Part shown: positions 38,369-48,121 of the stretch, piece after piece
Layout of the letters: each line of letters opens with the position of its first letter
How positions within the stretch are numbered: the first letter of the stretch is position 1
Notes under the pieces: model-generated
Database searches by the model: none
Seen by the model: only the letters and a program-made list of their open reading frames with translations
What the model was told of the DNA's origin: nothing
Assembly (NCBI GenBank): GCA_965197645.1
Contig: OZ240219.1
Coordinates: 2,528,001 to 2,592,000 of the forward strand
Origin: Dehalococcoidia bacterium
Lineage (GTDB): Bacteria > Chloroflexota > Dehalococcoidia > Plut-88900
DNA: 64,000 nucleotides
Direction of reading: 5' to 3'
Program-made: the position numbers and the translations under genes

Positions 38369-39985
38369 ATGAACTATAGCCTCCAAACTCTTCGTGGCGA
38401 TATTTTTGGCGGCATCACCTCGGCGGTGGTGGGGTTGCCGGTGGCGCTGGCCTTCGGCGTAGCGTCAGGTCTGGGACCCCTTGCCGGCATTTACGGGGCG
38501 ATCGCCGTGGGTTTCTTCGCAGCGGTGTTCGGGGGGACGCGGTCTCAGATATCCGGCCCCACCGGTCCAATGTCCGTGGCGATGGCGGTCATCGTCACCA
38601 ACCATGCCGACGATCTCGCCGAGGCGTTCACCATAGTCCTTATGGCAGGAACACTGCAGATGCTTCTCGGTGTACTGAGAATCGGCAGGTTCGTGGCCTA
38701 TACACCCTATTCGGTGATATCCGGTTTCATGTCCGGTATTGGCGTGATCATCATGCTGGTACATACCCTGCCTTTCCTGGGCGCCGCTGTTGCAACGGGA
38801 GGGCCGGTAGGAACAATCGAGAAGCTGCCGGATGCGTTAAGCGATGTCAACTTCAACTCGTTAGCCATAGCCTGCGCCACCCTTGTCGTAGGCGTGGTCT
38901 GGCCAAGCCAGTTCAGGAGGTATCTGCCTCCTACCCTGGCGGCGCTGATCGCCGGGACGCTGTTGGGCGTCCTGTGGCTGACCAACACCCCAGTCATTGG
39001 CAACGTGCCCACGGGCCTGCCCAGCGTGCAAATGCCGGACCTTGGCCTCGACGTGTTGGTAAAGGCTGTGCAGCCCGCGGTGACCTTGGCGCTACTCGGG
39101 TCCATCGATAGCCTGCTTACTTCCCTGATAGCCGATTCGATGACCCGCACTCGACATAAACCTAACCGAGAGCTCGTAGGCCAGGGTATCGGCAACTTTA
39201 TCGCAGGGCTATTGTGGGCCCTGCCCGGCGCAGGAGCCACCCTGGGCACGGTGGTAAACCTACGGGCCGGCGGGCGGACCCCCGTCTCCGGGGTGTTGCG
39301 TGCAGCAATCCTGCTGACACTCGTCCTGGGCCTGGGCCAATACGTAGAACAGATCCCCCACGCGGTTCTTGCCGGTATTCTGATGAAAGTCGGCTGGGAC
39401 ATCGTCGACTGGCGTTTTATCACCCGGATCCACCGGGTCCAGCGGGAACACCTACTGGTGATGCTGATTACCCTCGGGCTCACTGTGTTCCTCGACCTTG
39501 TTACCGCAGTGGCAATAGGTCTAATCGCTGCGGGGATGGCCCACTCGCGTCAGTTCGAGCGGTTGGAACTGGACAGCGTGGTATCTGTGCCACTACTGGA
39601 CCAGAGTTTCCTTACAAATAAGGAAGGCGCGGACGAGGCGGACTCTTTCTCGGCGCGTGTTGGCTTGGTGAGGCTCCGGGGGAGCTTCTCGGTTGCATCC
39701 TCGAACAAGCTGATCAACGCCATAAGTATGGACATCCAGGAACACGAGGTCGTGATCCTGGACTTCTCCGAGACGGTCTACATAGACGACAGCGCCGCCC
39801 TTGTGGTGGAGCAGCTGATCGACACCGCCATAGCTGAGGATACCGCGTGTATCGTGATGGGTCTCTCGGGTCCACCAGCCTCCACCCTTCAGACGCTCAA
39901 CGTTCTGCAGCATGTCCCGGCGGACCGCTTCGTCGCTACACTGGACGAAGCAAGGGAGACCGCGAAACGGATACTTGATAGTTAG
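38369..39985 (+). CDS. SulP/SLC26 anion transporter (BicA-like)
   Basis: GD..GG...LPVALAFG, QISGPTG, C-terminal STAS domain. Confidence 0.93.
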   Translation: MNYSLQTLRGDIFGGITSAVVGLPVALAFGVASGLGPLAGIYGAIAVGFFAAVFGGTRSQISGPTGPMSVAMAVIVTNHADDLAEAFTIVLMAGTLQMLLGVLRIGRFVAYTPYSVISGFMSGIGVIIMLVHTLPFLGAAVATGGPVGTIEKLPDALSDVNFNSLAIACATLVVGVVWPSQFRRYLPPTLAALIAGTLLGVLWLTNTPVIGNVPTGLPSVQMPDLGLDVLVKAVQPAVTLALLGSIDSLLTSLIADSMTRTRHKPNRELVGQGIGNFIAGLLWALPGAGATLGTVVNLRAGGRTPVSGVLRAAILLTLVLGLGQYVEQIPHAVLAGILMKVGWDIVDWRFITRIHRVQREHLLVMLITLGLTVFLDLVTAVAIGLIAAGMAHSRQFERLELDSVVSVPLLDQSFLTNKEGADEADSFSARVGLVRLRGSFSVASSNKLINAISMDIQEHEVVILDFSETVYIDDSAALVVEQLIDTAIAEDTACIVMGLSGPPASTLQTLNVLQHVPADRFVATLDEARETAKRILDS

Positions 39986-40110
39986 GGCAGAGCGCTCTTA
40001 CTGGAGAGGTGTTCGGGGTGTCACGGGAAGCTCCGCGTAGCCTCCTCACGTGAGCGCCGGGCATGGTTAAGCTTGGAGTCCGGGGGCCAGATTCTATAAA
40101 AAAGCTAGGA

Positions 40111-40884
40111 ATGAAAACTGTTGGACTGACTCTGCTGTGCCTGCTGTGGGCGTTGTCTGCAATTGTGGCCTGCGGCGGCGAGGATGCACCCACAACTGTC
40201 GACGCGGTGGAGTGGGGATACAAGGGGCCGGGCGCGCCGGAGAATTGGGCATCCCTATCTGAAGAGTACGCAACCTGCGCCGACGGCGAGCAACAGTCGC
40301 CGGTGGATATCACCGCATACGAAGCTGGCGACGCCGCTCCCATCTCGTTTTCTTACGGCAGCGAGGCGATAGCCGTACGAAACGATGGCAAGCTCGTGCA
40401 TATCGACTACTCGCCGGGTAACACGTTGAAGGTCGGCCAGCAGACCTTTGAGTTGAAATCGGCGCACCTCCATTCACCCTCGGAACATCGGATAGACGGT
40501 GTGAACTTCGAGGCCGAACTGCATCTGGTCCATGCAGATGCCGACGGTAACCTGGCGGTGGCGGCCGTACTGTTTAGACTTGGCGAGCCCAGTCCTGCGG
40601 TGCAAGCGATTCTCGATATCGCTCCGAAGGCCGGTGATACAGTCGGCGACGGTATCAAGCTTAATGCCAGCGTTGAGGCGACTGTAGAACTGGGCTACTA
40701 CCACTACGACGGCTCGAAGACGACCCCTCCATGCGACGAGCCGGTTAGCTGGTATGTCATGCGCGAGATGAAGACCGTTTCGGCGGAACAGGTCGACGCC
40801 CTGCTGGCATTGAGCGGCGGCCCCAACAATCGTCCCGTCCAGCCCACGGGCAGCCGCGTAATAGTAATCGGCGGTGTGCCATAG
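40111..40884 (+). CDS. Alpha carbonic anhydrase, lipoprotein
   Basis: IVAC lipobox, QQSPVDI, HLHSPSEH, ELHLVH, GSKTTPPC, NNRPVQP. Confidence 0.92.
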   Translation: MKTVGLTLLCLLWALSAIVACGGEDAPTTVDAVEWGYKGPGAPENWASLSEEYATCADGEQQSPVDITAYEAGDAAPISFSYGSEAIAVRNDGKLVHIDYSPGNTLKVGQQTFELKSAHLHSPSEHRIDGVNFEAELHLVHADADGNLAVAAVLFRLGEPSPAVQAILDIAPKAGDTVGDGIKLNASVEATVELGYYHYDGSKTTPPCDEPVSWYVMREMKTVSAEQVDALLALSGGPNNRPVQPTGSRVIVIGGVP

Positions 40885-41128
40885 GGAACAATTTACGAGG
40901 GTCGGTCCCAGCCTCAGACCCTCATCAGGATGCTTTCCCGACAGACCCCACACAGGTCCAGTGAGTGGTAATGCCAGCCGACAGCCGCAACATCGGAGGG
41001 CTTGAGAGCGGGCACTAGACGGGTGGGTCCTCTGAATAATCCGTGGACTACACACCTGCGTCAGGGCTGGTGGGAGCCGCTTTCGCCAAGCGCCGAGAAA
41101 CCGCTGTATCGGGAGGCGCGGAACCTGC

Positions 41129-43336
41129 CTAAGAGGTGGGCTCCGTAGACGGTAGTTCTCCCAGGGCTGCTGCCGTTGCCGGTTCCTCTTCCAGGGCTAC
41201 TGTGGGCCGTGTCAAGGGCAACTCAACGGTCATCTCCGTGAACTGGCCCGGTTCAGATTCTACGTGAATGGTGCCGCCGTGTTTCCGCACGATGTCGTTA
41301 GACATGGCAAGGCCGAGGCCGGTACCCTCGTTGGCAGGCTTGGTAGTGAAAAACGGGTTGAAGATCTTCTCTATGACCTCCTGAGGCATCCCGCTCCCGT
41401 TGTCCCGAATGCGGATTTCCGCGTGCTCATCTCCTCGGCGAGTGATGAGCAGCAGCGTGGGCATATAGGGGTCGCCGCCCGCTTCGGCGATAGAGCGCCG
41501 TTTTTCGTCCGTGGCGTAACAGGCGTTGCTCACCAGGTTCAGAAACACTCTTCCCAGCTCCTGCGGAATCACCTCCAACTGGCCCATATCCGGATCGAAG
41601 TCCTGCTTCAGGTCCAGCTGGAAGTCCGGGTCCGTAGCCCGGGCGCTGTGATAGGCCAAGCGGGCGTGCTCATCCACCAGGTTGTTGATGTTGGTAGCTT
41701 GTACCTCTCCGGAGTCTCTACCCATCAGAAGCATGTCGTGGACGATGCGGTTGGCTCGTTCTCCGTGGGACCGTATGCGTGTCAGATTCTCTCTCAGGTC
41801 TCCGACGATATCCTCAGTCACTCCCTTCTGCTCATCGGGTAGGGTTACCCCTTCTTCCTCCAGGACCTCCTGCAGCTCCGCAACAAGCTCTTCCGAGACC
41901 TCGGAGAAGTTGTTGACGAAGTTCAACGGGTTCCGGATCTCGTGGGCCACCCCCGCAGTCAACTCTCCCAAAGCTGCCAGCTTTTCGCTCATCACAACCT
42001 GGTCCTGAGCCAAGCGCAGGTCCTCCAGAACAACCTCCAACTGCTCGTTCTTTCCTTTCAGCTCCTCGGCCAGCTTTTCCACCAGGTTCAGACGCTGGAC
42101 CTCCAGGGCGTGACGGCGGAAGACCTCCAGGGCGGCGGCCATTTCGGCCACCTCGTCCCGACCCTCGATCTCGACCCTGGCCTCCAGGTCGCCCCCGGCC
42201 ATGCGCCGCATCCAGTCCGATAGAAGCTTCAGGCGGCGCACCAGTATCCGGCCAACGAAAAGCCAGGCGATGAGCAAAGCGCCGGCAATGCTTACACCGC
42301 CGATGGCTAGAAGGAGGATCCGGCCCGTGAGTATCGCGTCGCTGGAAGCTTGGGTCGCCGATTGAGCGCTGGCGCTAGCGGCATTCACTAAGCCGTTCAC
42401 CTCCTCCACGAGGTCGATAGCGATGTCACGATTGCTCACTACTAGTTTCTGCTGTTGCTCCGCCAGCGTCAGTTTCCGCGCCAGCAGGTCAAAGCCGCTT
42501 TCCCCTCCAATGCCCATATTGACCAGCCTGGTGAAGATGGGAGCTACCTGCTCAAGCAAAGGTGATTCTCCAAGGGCAGAGAGGCTCCGCTCCATGCGTC
42601 TCGTGGCAGCCTCAAACCGTTCCCGCAATGGCTCGATCTGCGATGCCTGAGAAAGGGTGAAGGCGTTGGCCAAGAGCTCCATTGCAATGTTGCCGTCCAC
42701 CTGCAGCTGGGCCAAATGACGGTAATGACCGAACTCTTCCTCGGAGAAATGCTCGGAGCGAGGCGCAGCAGGTTCTGCCAGATTGCGATATCCCGTCATT
42801 ACGTAGAAGAGTTGGTCGTCAATAGCCGGAACGACGATGCCGTCCAGCTCCGTGCGTAATGTTGCCAGGTCCGCTGCCAGGGCTTCTCTGCCCTCGTTCA
42901 GTGCAAACGAGGCACGGGTCCCCTCCTTGATGGCATCTATATTGAAGATCAGCGTGTCGGCGTGAGAGCGGATCCTGCTAAAGCTCTCACCCCCGACGTT
43001 GCCCTCCTCCAAGAGAGCCAGCTGGCCCTCGAAGGCCGTGTATGCCTCATCAATGCTGAGGGCCACCTCATCGAACTCTTCCGTCGTGGTCACAACCGTT
43101 AGGCCAGGGGCTGCGTCGGCGAGGATTTGGCTGTATTGGGCAACCTGGAAGGAGGCCGCAATCTCCGGGATGCTGCCCTCGTTGACCCGGCTCTGCACGT
43201 CTCCTACTCGATTGAAAGATAGCCACGCCACGAGGCTGGCGCAAATCGTAAGGGCCACCGCACCCCAGATAGCCAGGTGAAGTTGAGTGGAGATACGAGA
43301 GCTGCTTCTCAGCAGCTGTTTCAAGCGCTCTATCAC
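41129..43336 (-). CDS. Membrane sensor histidine kinase (TorS-like periplasmic domain, HAMP)
   Basis: 2 TM, HAMP, AHEIRNPL, PFFTTK, GTGLGL. Confidence 0.92.
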   Translation of the reverse strand: MIERLKQLLRSSSRISTQLHLAIWGAVALTICASLVAWLSFNRVGDVQSRVNEGSIPEIAASFQVAQYSQILADAAPGLTVVTTTEEFDEVALSIDEAYTAFEGQLALLEEGNVGGESFSRIRSHADTLIFNIDAIKEGTRASFALNEGREALAADLATLRTELDGIVVPAIDDQLFYVMTGYRNLAEPAAPRSEHFSEEEFGHYRHLAQLQVDGNIAMELLANAFTLSQASQIEPLRERFEAATRRMERSLSALGESPLLEQVAPIFTRLVNMGIGGESGFDLLARKLTLAEQQQKLVVSNRDIAIDLVEEVNGLVNAASASAQSATQASSDAILTGRILLLAIGGVSIAGALLIAWLFVGRILVRRLKLLSDWMRRMAGGDLEARVEIEGRDEVAEMAAALEVFRRHALEVQRLNLVEKLAEELKGKNEQLEVVLEDLRLAQDQVVMSEKLAALGELTAGVAHEIRNPLNFVNNFSEVSEELVAELQEVLEEEGVTLPDEQKGVTEDIVGDLRENLTRIRSHGERANRIVHDMLLMGRDSGEVQATNINNLVDEHARLAYHSARATDPDFQLDLKQDFDPDMGQLEVIPQELGRVFLNLVSNACYATDEKRRSIAEAGGDPYMPTLLLITRRGDEHAEIRIRDNGSGMPQEVIEKIFNPFFTTKPANEGTGLGLAMSNDIVRKHGGTIHVESEPGQFTEMTVELPLTRPTVALEEEPATAAALGELPSTEPTS

Positions 43337-44628
43337 CGCGCAGTGTCCTGCAAGCTATCGATGGAGTGGTAACGTCCGTCGGAACCGATTACGGTCAGAA
43401 ACACTTTATCCGATCCCTGGTTGTCATCTTTCCCGTAGCGGAGCTGGAACCCGTCCAGGTCGGCGATACTCGTGCTGCTCAGACTGTCCAGGAAACAGGC
43501 GCGGTCCACATCTCGCCCGCAAATCTCCAGACCGGCGATGGCCAGACGGCCCGCCAGATAGCCTTCCAGGGAGACGAAACCGGGCACGGCGGTGTGATCG
43601 AAGGACTCCAGAGCTTCGAGGTAGGAGGCGACGATGGGTATGGAATCATCCCATGGGAAAGGCACTACCTGAGTGACGAACACCCCCGCGCCATCGGGCC
43701 CAAGCTCTAAGGCCAATGCGTTGCTGCCTACGAAGGAGATGGTCATGAATACCAAGTCCAACCCCGTGTACCTTGCCCATTCGATCAGCTCCGCGACCGG
43801 CTGGTAGGCCCCGATGATGATCACCGCCTCGGGCGCACCCTCGCCCAGGTCCAGAATGGCCGTCTTCACCGCCCGGGTGTTTCGAGTGTACAGTCCAATG
43901 GCGGCCGGTTCCATTTCCCGGCGCTCCAGGGCACCGATCACACCGCGGTAACCGGCTCGGCCATACGAATCGTCCTGGTACACTATGGCAATCCGCTCGA
44001 TTCCCAGGTCCTCCGTCAACCGGGCCACCATCTCCTCCGTCTCCTGGTAGTAAGAGGCCCTGAGGTTGACCACTGTTTCCCACTTGGCGTCTCGCAGAAA
44101 GGCCGCACCGGTGAAGGGCGCAATATAGGGGACTCCCATAGACTCGGCAACCGGCACCGCAGAGCGTGACGTGGGTGTGCCAACGGCTCCAATGAGCCCG
44201 AAAATCGACTCTTGCTCGATCAGCTCAAGGGTGTTGGAGATGGCAGCCTCCGGTTCGTAGGCGTCGTCCAATGACACCAACTCCAGGCGCCGTCCGTGGA
44301 CACCGCCCGCCTGGTTCACCTCGTGGAAGGCCGCCCGGATACCCCGCCCCATGTTGCTTCCAAGCTCTTCAGCTGGGCCTGTGAAGGCCGCGGACTGACC
44401 AAAGAGGACGCGTTCATCGAAGATGCCGGTTTCCATGGCAAGCAGGTCGTTGACCTCGGGAGTGGGCGTTCTCTCTACGGCGCCGTCAATCTTCACGTCG
44501 TTCTGGTCGATATCGGTGCCGCCGAGTAAGAACCAGACTACCAGGCTGAGAACCACGGTGAGGGTCACCCCTCCCCCGATGCCCAGCACGAAGAGTAAGT
44601 CTGTCGGTACCCGAGGAATGCCTCTCAC
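43333..44628 (-). CDS. Type I periplasmic binding protein, membrane-anchored
   Basis: GQSAAFTGP, GGVHGRRLEL..LDDAYEP, NLRASY. Confidence 0.88.
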   Translation of the reverse strand: MRGIPRVPTDLLFVLGIGGGVTLTVVLSLVVWFLLGGTDIDQNDVKIDGAVERTPTPEVNDLLAMETGIFDERVLFGQSAAFTGPAEELGSNMGRGIRAAFHEVNQAGGVHGRRLELVSLDDAYEPEAAISNTLELIEQESIFGLIGAVGTPTSRSAVPVAESMGVPYIAPFTGAAFLRDAKWETVVNLRASYYQETEEMVARLTEDLGIERIAIVYQDDSYGRAGYRGVIGALERREMEPAAIGLYTRNTRAVKTAILDLGEGAPEAVIIIGAYQPVAELIEWARYTGLDLVFMTISFVGSNALALELGPDGAGVFVTQVVPFPWDDSIPIVASYLEALESFDHTAVPGFVSLEGYLAGRLAIAGLEICGRDVDRACFLDSLSSTSIADLDGFQLRYGKDDNQGSDKVFLTVIGSDGRYHSIDSLQDTAR

Positions 44629-45044
44629 TCAACCCTGCGCTTAACCAGAATCAGGTGGTTTCGGCCTCCCTCCCGTCTATAACGCATCTCGTCCATCATG
44701 GTGCGCACCAGGTGAACACCGAGTCCACCCATAGATCTTTCGTTGAGGGAGCCGATCACGTCGGGTATCGGTGCGTCGTTCAGCGGGTCGAAGGGCTTGC
44801 CATCGTCCGTGATCTCGATGGTCAGGGACTCCTCCTCCGAGGTCAGTTCGATCTCAACCTCGTGGATGCCGTCCCCGTGCCCATGGTTCACCACGTTGAG
44901 CCACAGCTCCTCTAGTGCCAGATTCACCTGGAAGGAGAGGTCGTTGGACCAGTTGTCATCTCTGCCGAGGTCTTCTACGGCAGTCGCGAGACGGTCCAGT
45001 TCGTCCAGCCTGGTTTCGACCGTTAGGTGCAGCTTAGCGCTCAA
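44625..45044 (-). CDS. Anti-sigma factor kinase (RsbW-like)
   Basis: LEELWLNVV.HG, DDGKPFDP, GGLGVHLV. Confidence 0.9.
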   Translation of the reverse strand: MSAKLHLTVETRLDELDRLATAVEDLGRDDNWSNDLSFQVNLALEELWLNVVNHGHGDGIHEVEIELTSEEESLTIEITDDGKPFDPLNDAPIPDVIGSLNERSMGGLGVHLVRTMMDEMRYRREGGRNHLILVKRRVE

Positions 45045-46216
45045 GAGGAATCCTCATTGCAATGAAGAACTAGGCAGGTGATGTCATCGGATTGGGGAGT
45101 CTCGCCCGCAAAGGCGTTTACCGCTTCGAAAACTGCCTCCGTGGTCTCCTCGGGATCTTGGGGGGGATTGGTCCGAAAATACTCGCTCAAGGGGTCCAGG
45201 CCGAACTCTTCCTCTTCGCTATTCATGGCTTCGGTCACGCCGTCTGTGTAGAAAATAACCGAGTCCCCGGGGACCAGCATCACCTTGCTCTGCTTGTAGG
45301 CCAGTTCAGGCGCAATCCCCAGGGCTATCCCATCGGTTAAGGGGAGAAGCTCAGCTGTCCGATTGGCATGGACTACCAGGGGACTGTTGTGGCCCCCGTT
45401 GGCGTAGGTCAGCTCTCCGGTGGAAGGGTCGTATACTGCATACAGAAGAGTGACGAACATGCCGCCTTCGTTGTCTTCTATGAGTAAATCGTTAACTTCC
45501 CTCAAGACGTCACCAGGTCGACCAATACCGATGGCGGAACCCTTCAACAGGGTACGGCTGGACATCATAAACAGCGCCGCCGGCACGCCCTTGTCCGACA
45601 CGTCTGCCACGGCCAGGCCGACCCGCCCGTCGTTCAAGTACATAACATCGAAGAAATCGCCTCCCACGTTACGCGCCGGCTGCATCTTGCCGTACACCGC
45701 ATAGCAGGGGTGCTGGGGGAATTGGGTCGGAAGTATGGACTGCTGCATTCCCCTGGCCACGTTCAACTCGTTTTGCAGGGCCACCAGCCTGTCACGAGAT
45801 TGGAGGGCTTCCTTCCATTCGGCCATGTTGCGCAGTGTGCGATCGATAGTAACCTGCAAGTCTTCAAAATCTACGGGCTTTGTAACGAAGTCGAATGCGC
45901 CGCGGTTCATGGCCGTGCGTATGTTCTTCATATCGCCATAGGCCGAAATAATGACCGACCGGATGTTGGGGTCTACCTTAGGTATCTGCTCAAGGAGGGT
46001 GAGCCCGTCCATCTGAGGCATGTTGATGTCCGAGAGCACCATGTCGATGTCGTGGTCCTCACGTAGCTTCTCCAAAGCCTCCACGCCGTTCTGGGCGAAG
46101 ACAAACTGATAGCGGCCTGCCCGGATATCCCGACGCATACGCTGCAACATGAGGGGCTCCAGGTCTGGCTCGTCGTCGACCACCAGGATCCTATAGCCTT
46201 CTTTCACTGATGTCAT
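45041..46216 (-). CDS. Receiver-PP2C (SpoIIE/RsbU-like) phosphatase
   Basis: REC domain, VGGDFFD, ADVSDKG, YTDGVTE, DDIT. Confidence 0.92.
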   Translation of the reverse strand: MTSVKEGYRILVVDDEPDLEPLMLQRMRRDIRAGRYQFVFAQNGVEALEKLREDHDIDMVLSDINMPQMDGLTLLEQIPKVDPNIRSVIISAYGDMKNIRTAMNRGAFDFVTKPVDFEDLQVTIDRTLRNMAEWKEALQSRDRLVALQNELNVARGMQQSILPTQFPQHPCYAVYGKMQPARNVGGDFFDVMYLNDGRVGLAVADVSDKGVPAALFMMSSRTLLKGSAIGIGRPGDVLREVNDLLIEDNEGGMFVTLLYAVYDPSTGELTYANGGHNSPLVVHANRTAELLPLTDGIALGIAPELAYKQSKVMLVPGDSVIFYTDGVTEAMNSEEEEFGLDPLSEYFRTNPPQDPEETTEAVFEAVNAFAGETPQSDDITCLVLHCNEDSS

Positions 46217-46314
46217 TCCGCGTGCCTACGCCTTGCTCTTTCTAACTTTCTTACCGATTCCTTGTTCACCAAAAGGTATCCCTGACATGGATGCCTGTTA
46301 AATGTCCGGGTTGA

Positions 46315-46653
46315 TTAGTTGTTAAACGCGGCCACGGCCTCGACCTGAGAAGGGTGAATGGAAATGATCTTATCGAAACCGCTGATCTCGAAGACCTCCC
46401 GTATCGAATCGGAAAGCGAGCAGATCGCAAATTTCCTGTTCTGGCCTTGTAAGCTCTTGGCCGTCAACAGAATCACCCGCAGGCCCGCACTACTGATGTA
46501 CGATAGCTGCTCCATATCCAGGACCACGGCGCTATCATCATCCTCTATGGCGGCATCCAGGGCGGTCTGGAACTCACGGGCATTGGCGCCATCTACCCGC
46601 CCATCCGTCTTCGCGATTAAAGTATCACCCTGTCGCTCCGTCTCAACTTCCAT
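46315..46653 (-). CDS. Anti-anti-sigma factor (STAS)
   Basis: GRVD, LSYISSAGLRV, VFEISG; ATG 46653. Confidence 0.92.
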   Translation of the reverse strand: MEVETERQGDTLIAKTDGRVDGANAREFQTALDAAIEDDDSAVVLDMEQLSYISSAGLRVILLTAKSLQGQNRKFAICSLSDSIREVFEISGFDKIISIHPSQVEAVAAFNN

Positions 46654-47238
46654 TGCGTGTGTCTCCTTACCTTTACGGTTACGATCTTGCTTGCCGCACA
46701 CTACCCTATATCATTTTCTAGGCAGTTTTTCCACCCAGCGAGACTGAGGTCAGTACCCCCACAAATTCATATCGGGACTCTGGAGGCCCAAACCGCAACT
46801 CTCCATCCATAGGAGTTAACCCCATTGCTAGGTACCGTTCGGGCCATTTCAGACCTTAGGGTCTGTGCCGCAAGGCGTAGCCGCCGTCAGACAGCGGCCA
46901 TTCAAGCGAACATTATACCGCCAACTCTCCAATGATAAAAGTGCCTGGAGGGCCAGCGGTTTTTCATCTTTGGTGGCACGAGGCAAACCTTACTTGATCA
47001 CATATCAACCGGCGTTCTCCAGTGGGGCGACTTGTCCTTGTATAGTCCTGTTCTTTGCTACAGAACATCCTACCTTTGAGTGTCACTTCTACGACACTAG
47101 ACAAGGCCGTGAGGGCCGATGGGCGTTGCGGCGATATTGCCGGGTGGGCTATAATAATCGGCCGCCCCAACGCGACGGTTGCCGGACCCGGCAGTCACGG
47201 CAACGGGGCGAGTAATTCTACTAAAAGAGGCAAACACC

Positions 47239-47886
47239 GTGCTGAGATTCGCCGAAGAGATCACTCTGCTCCTGCTCAACGATGACGGAACGATGGCTCG
47301 GGTACCCTACTGGTCGCTGAACTACGCCCTGGCCGGCGGCGTGCTGATGGACCTAGCGCTGGAGAATCGTGTCGACACCGATCTGGAGAATCTGGTCCTG
47401 ATCGACGACACGCCCGTGGGCGACAACCTGCTCGACCCAACGCTGGCCGAGATAAAACAGGGAGAACAGCGGTCCGCCCGTTTCTGGGTGGAACGCACAG
47501 CAAACCGCGCTCAATCGATCCGAGATGAAGCCCTCTCCCGACTGATAGACCATGGCATCCTGGAACGCCGAGACGACCGCTTCCTGTGGGTGTTTCGATC
47601 CCGGCGCTACCCGGCCATCGATGGTGAGCCGGAGCGGGAGGTGAAGCTGCGCATCATGGGAGTGTTGTTTAGCGACGAGATTCCTGACCCGCGCGACGTG
47701 GTGATCATCTCCCTGGCCGATGCATGCGGCATCTTCAACGGGCTGTTATCAAAACGGGAGTTGGACGGGGCGGCCGCCCGTATCGAGCAGGTGCGCAAGC
47801 TGGACCTCATTGGTCAAGCGATGACCCAAGCAATCCAGGACATCGAACTATCGGTGGCCGCCTCGATTCATCCCTACATTCACTAA
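47239..47886 (+). CDS. GPP34/GOLPH3 family protein
   Basis: AEE..LLLL, LAGGVL.DLAL..R, L...GIL..R..RFLWVF...RYP. Confidence 0.82.
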   Translation: MLRFAEEITLLLLNDDGTMARVPYWSLNYALAGGVLMDLALENRVDTDLENLVLIDDTPVGDNLLDPTLAEIKQGEQRSARFWVERTANRAQSIRDEALSRLIDHGILERRDDRFLWVFRSRRYPAIDGEPEREVKLRIMGVLFSDEIPDPRDVVIISLADACGIFNGLLSKRELDGAAARIEQVRKLDLIGQAMTQAIQDIELSVAASIHPYIH

Positions 47887-48121
47887 TTGGCTCCGGCCAC
47901 CCGAAGACCACCCGAGATGGAGCCGTCCTCCGCGCCTCCGGTCCCGCTTCAATCGCGACACTACCGGCCCTGCCGTCCGCGTAGGTGGCTGGAGCAGTGG
48001 GCGAGGCCAATCATGACCACTCTCCCAATGTTGTCATCCGAGGTGGCTTTCGCCAGGGTTTCTGTAGGACCGCCGTCGTGATTATTCCACCCAAAGGAAA
48101 GGCACATTAGGTGATCGGTCC

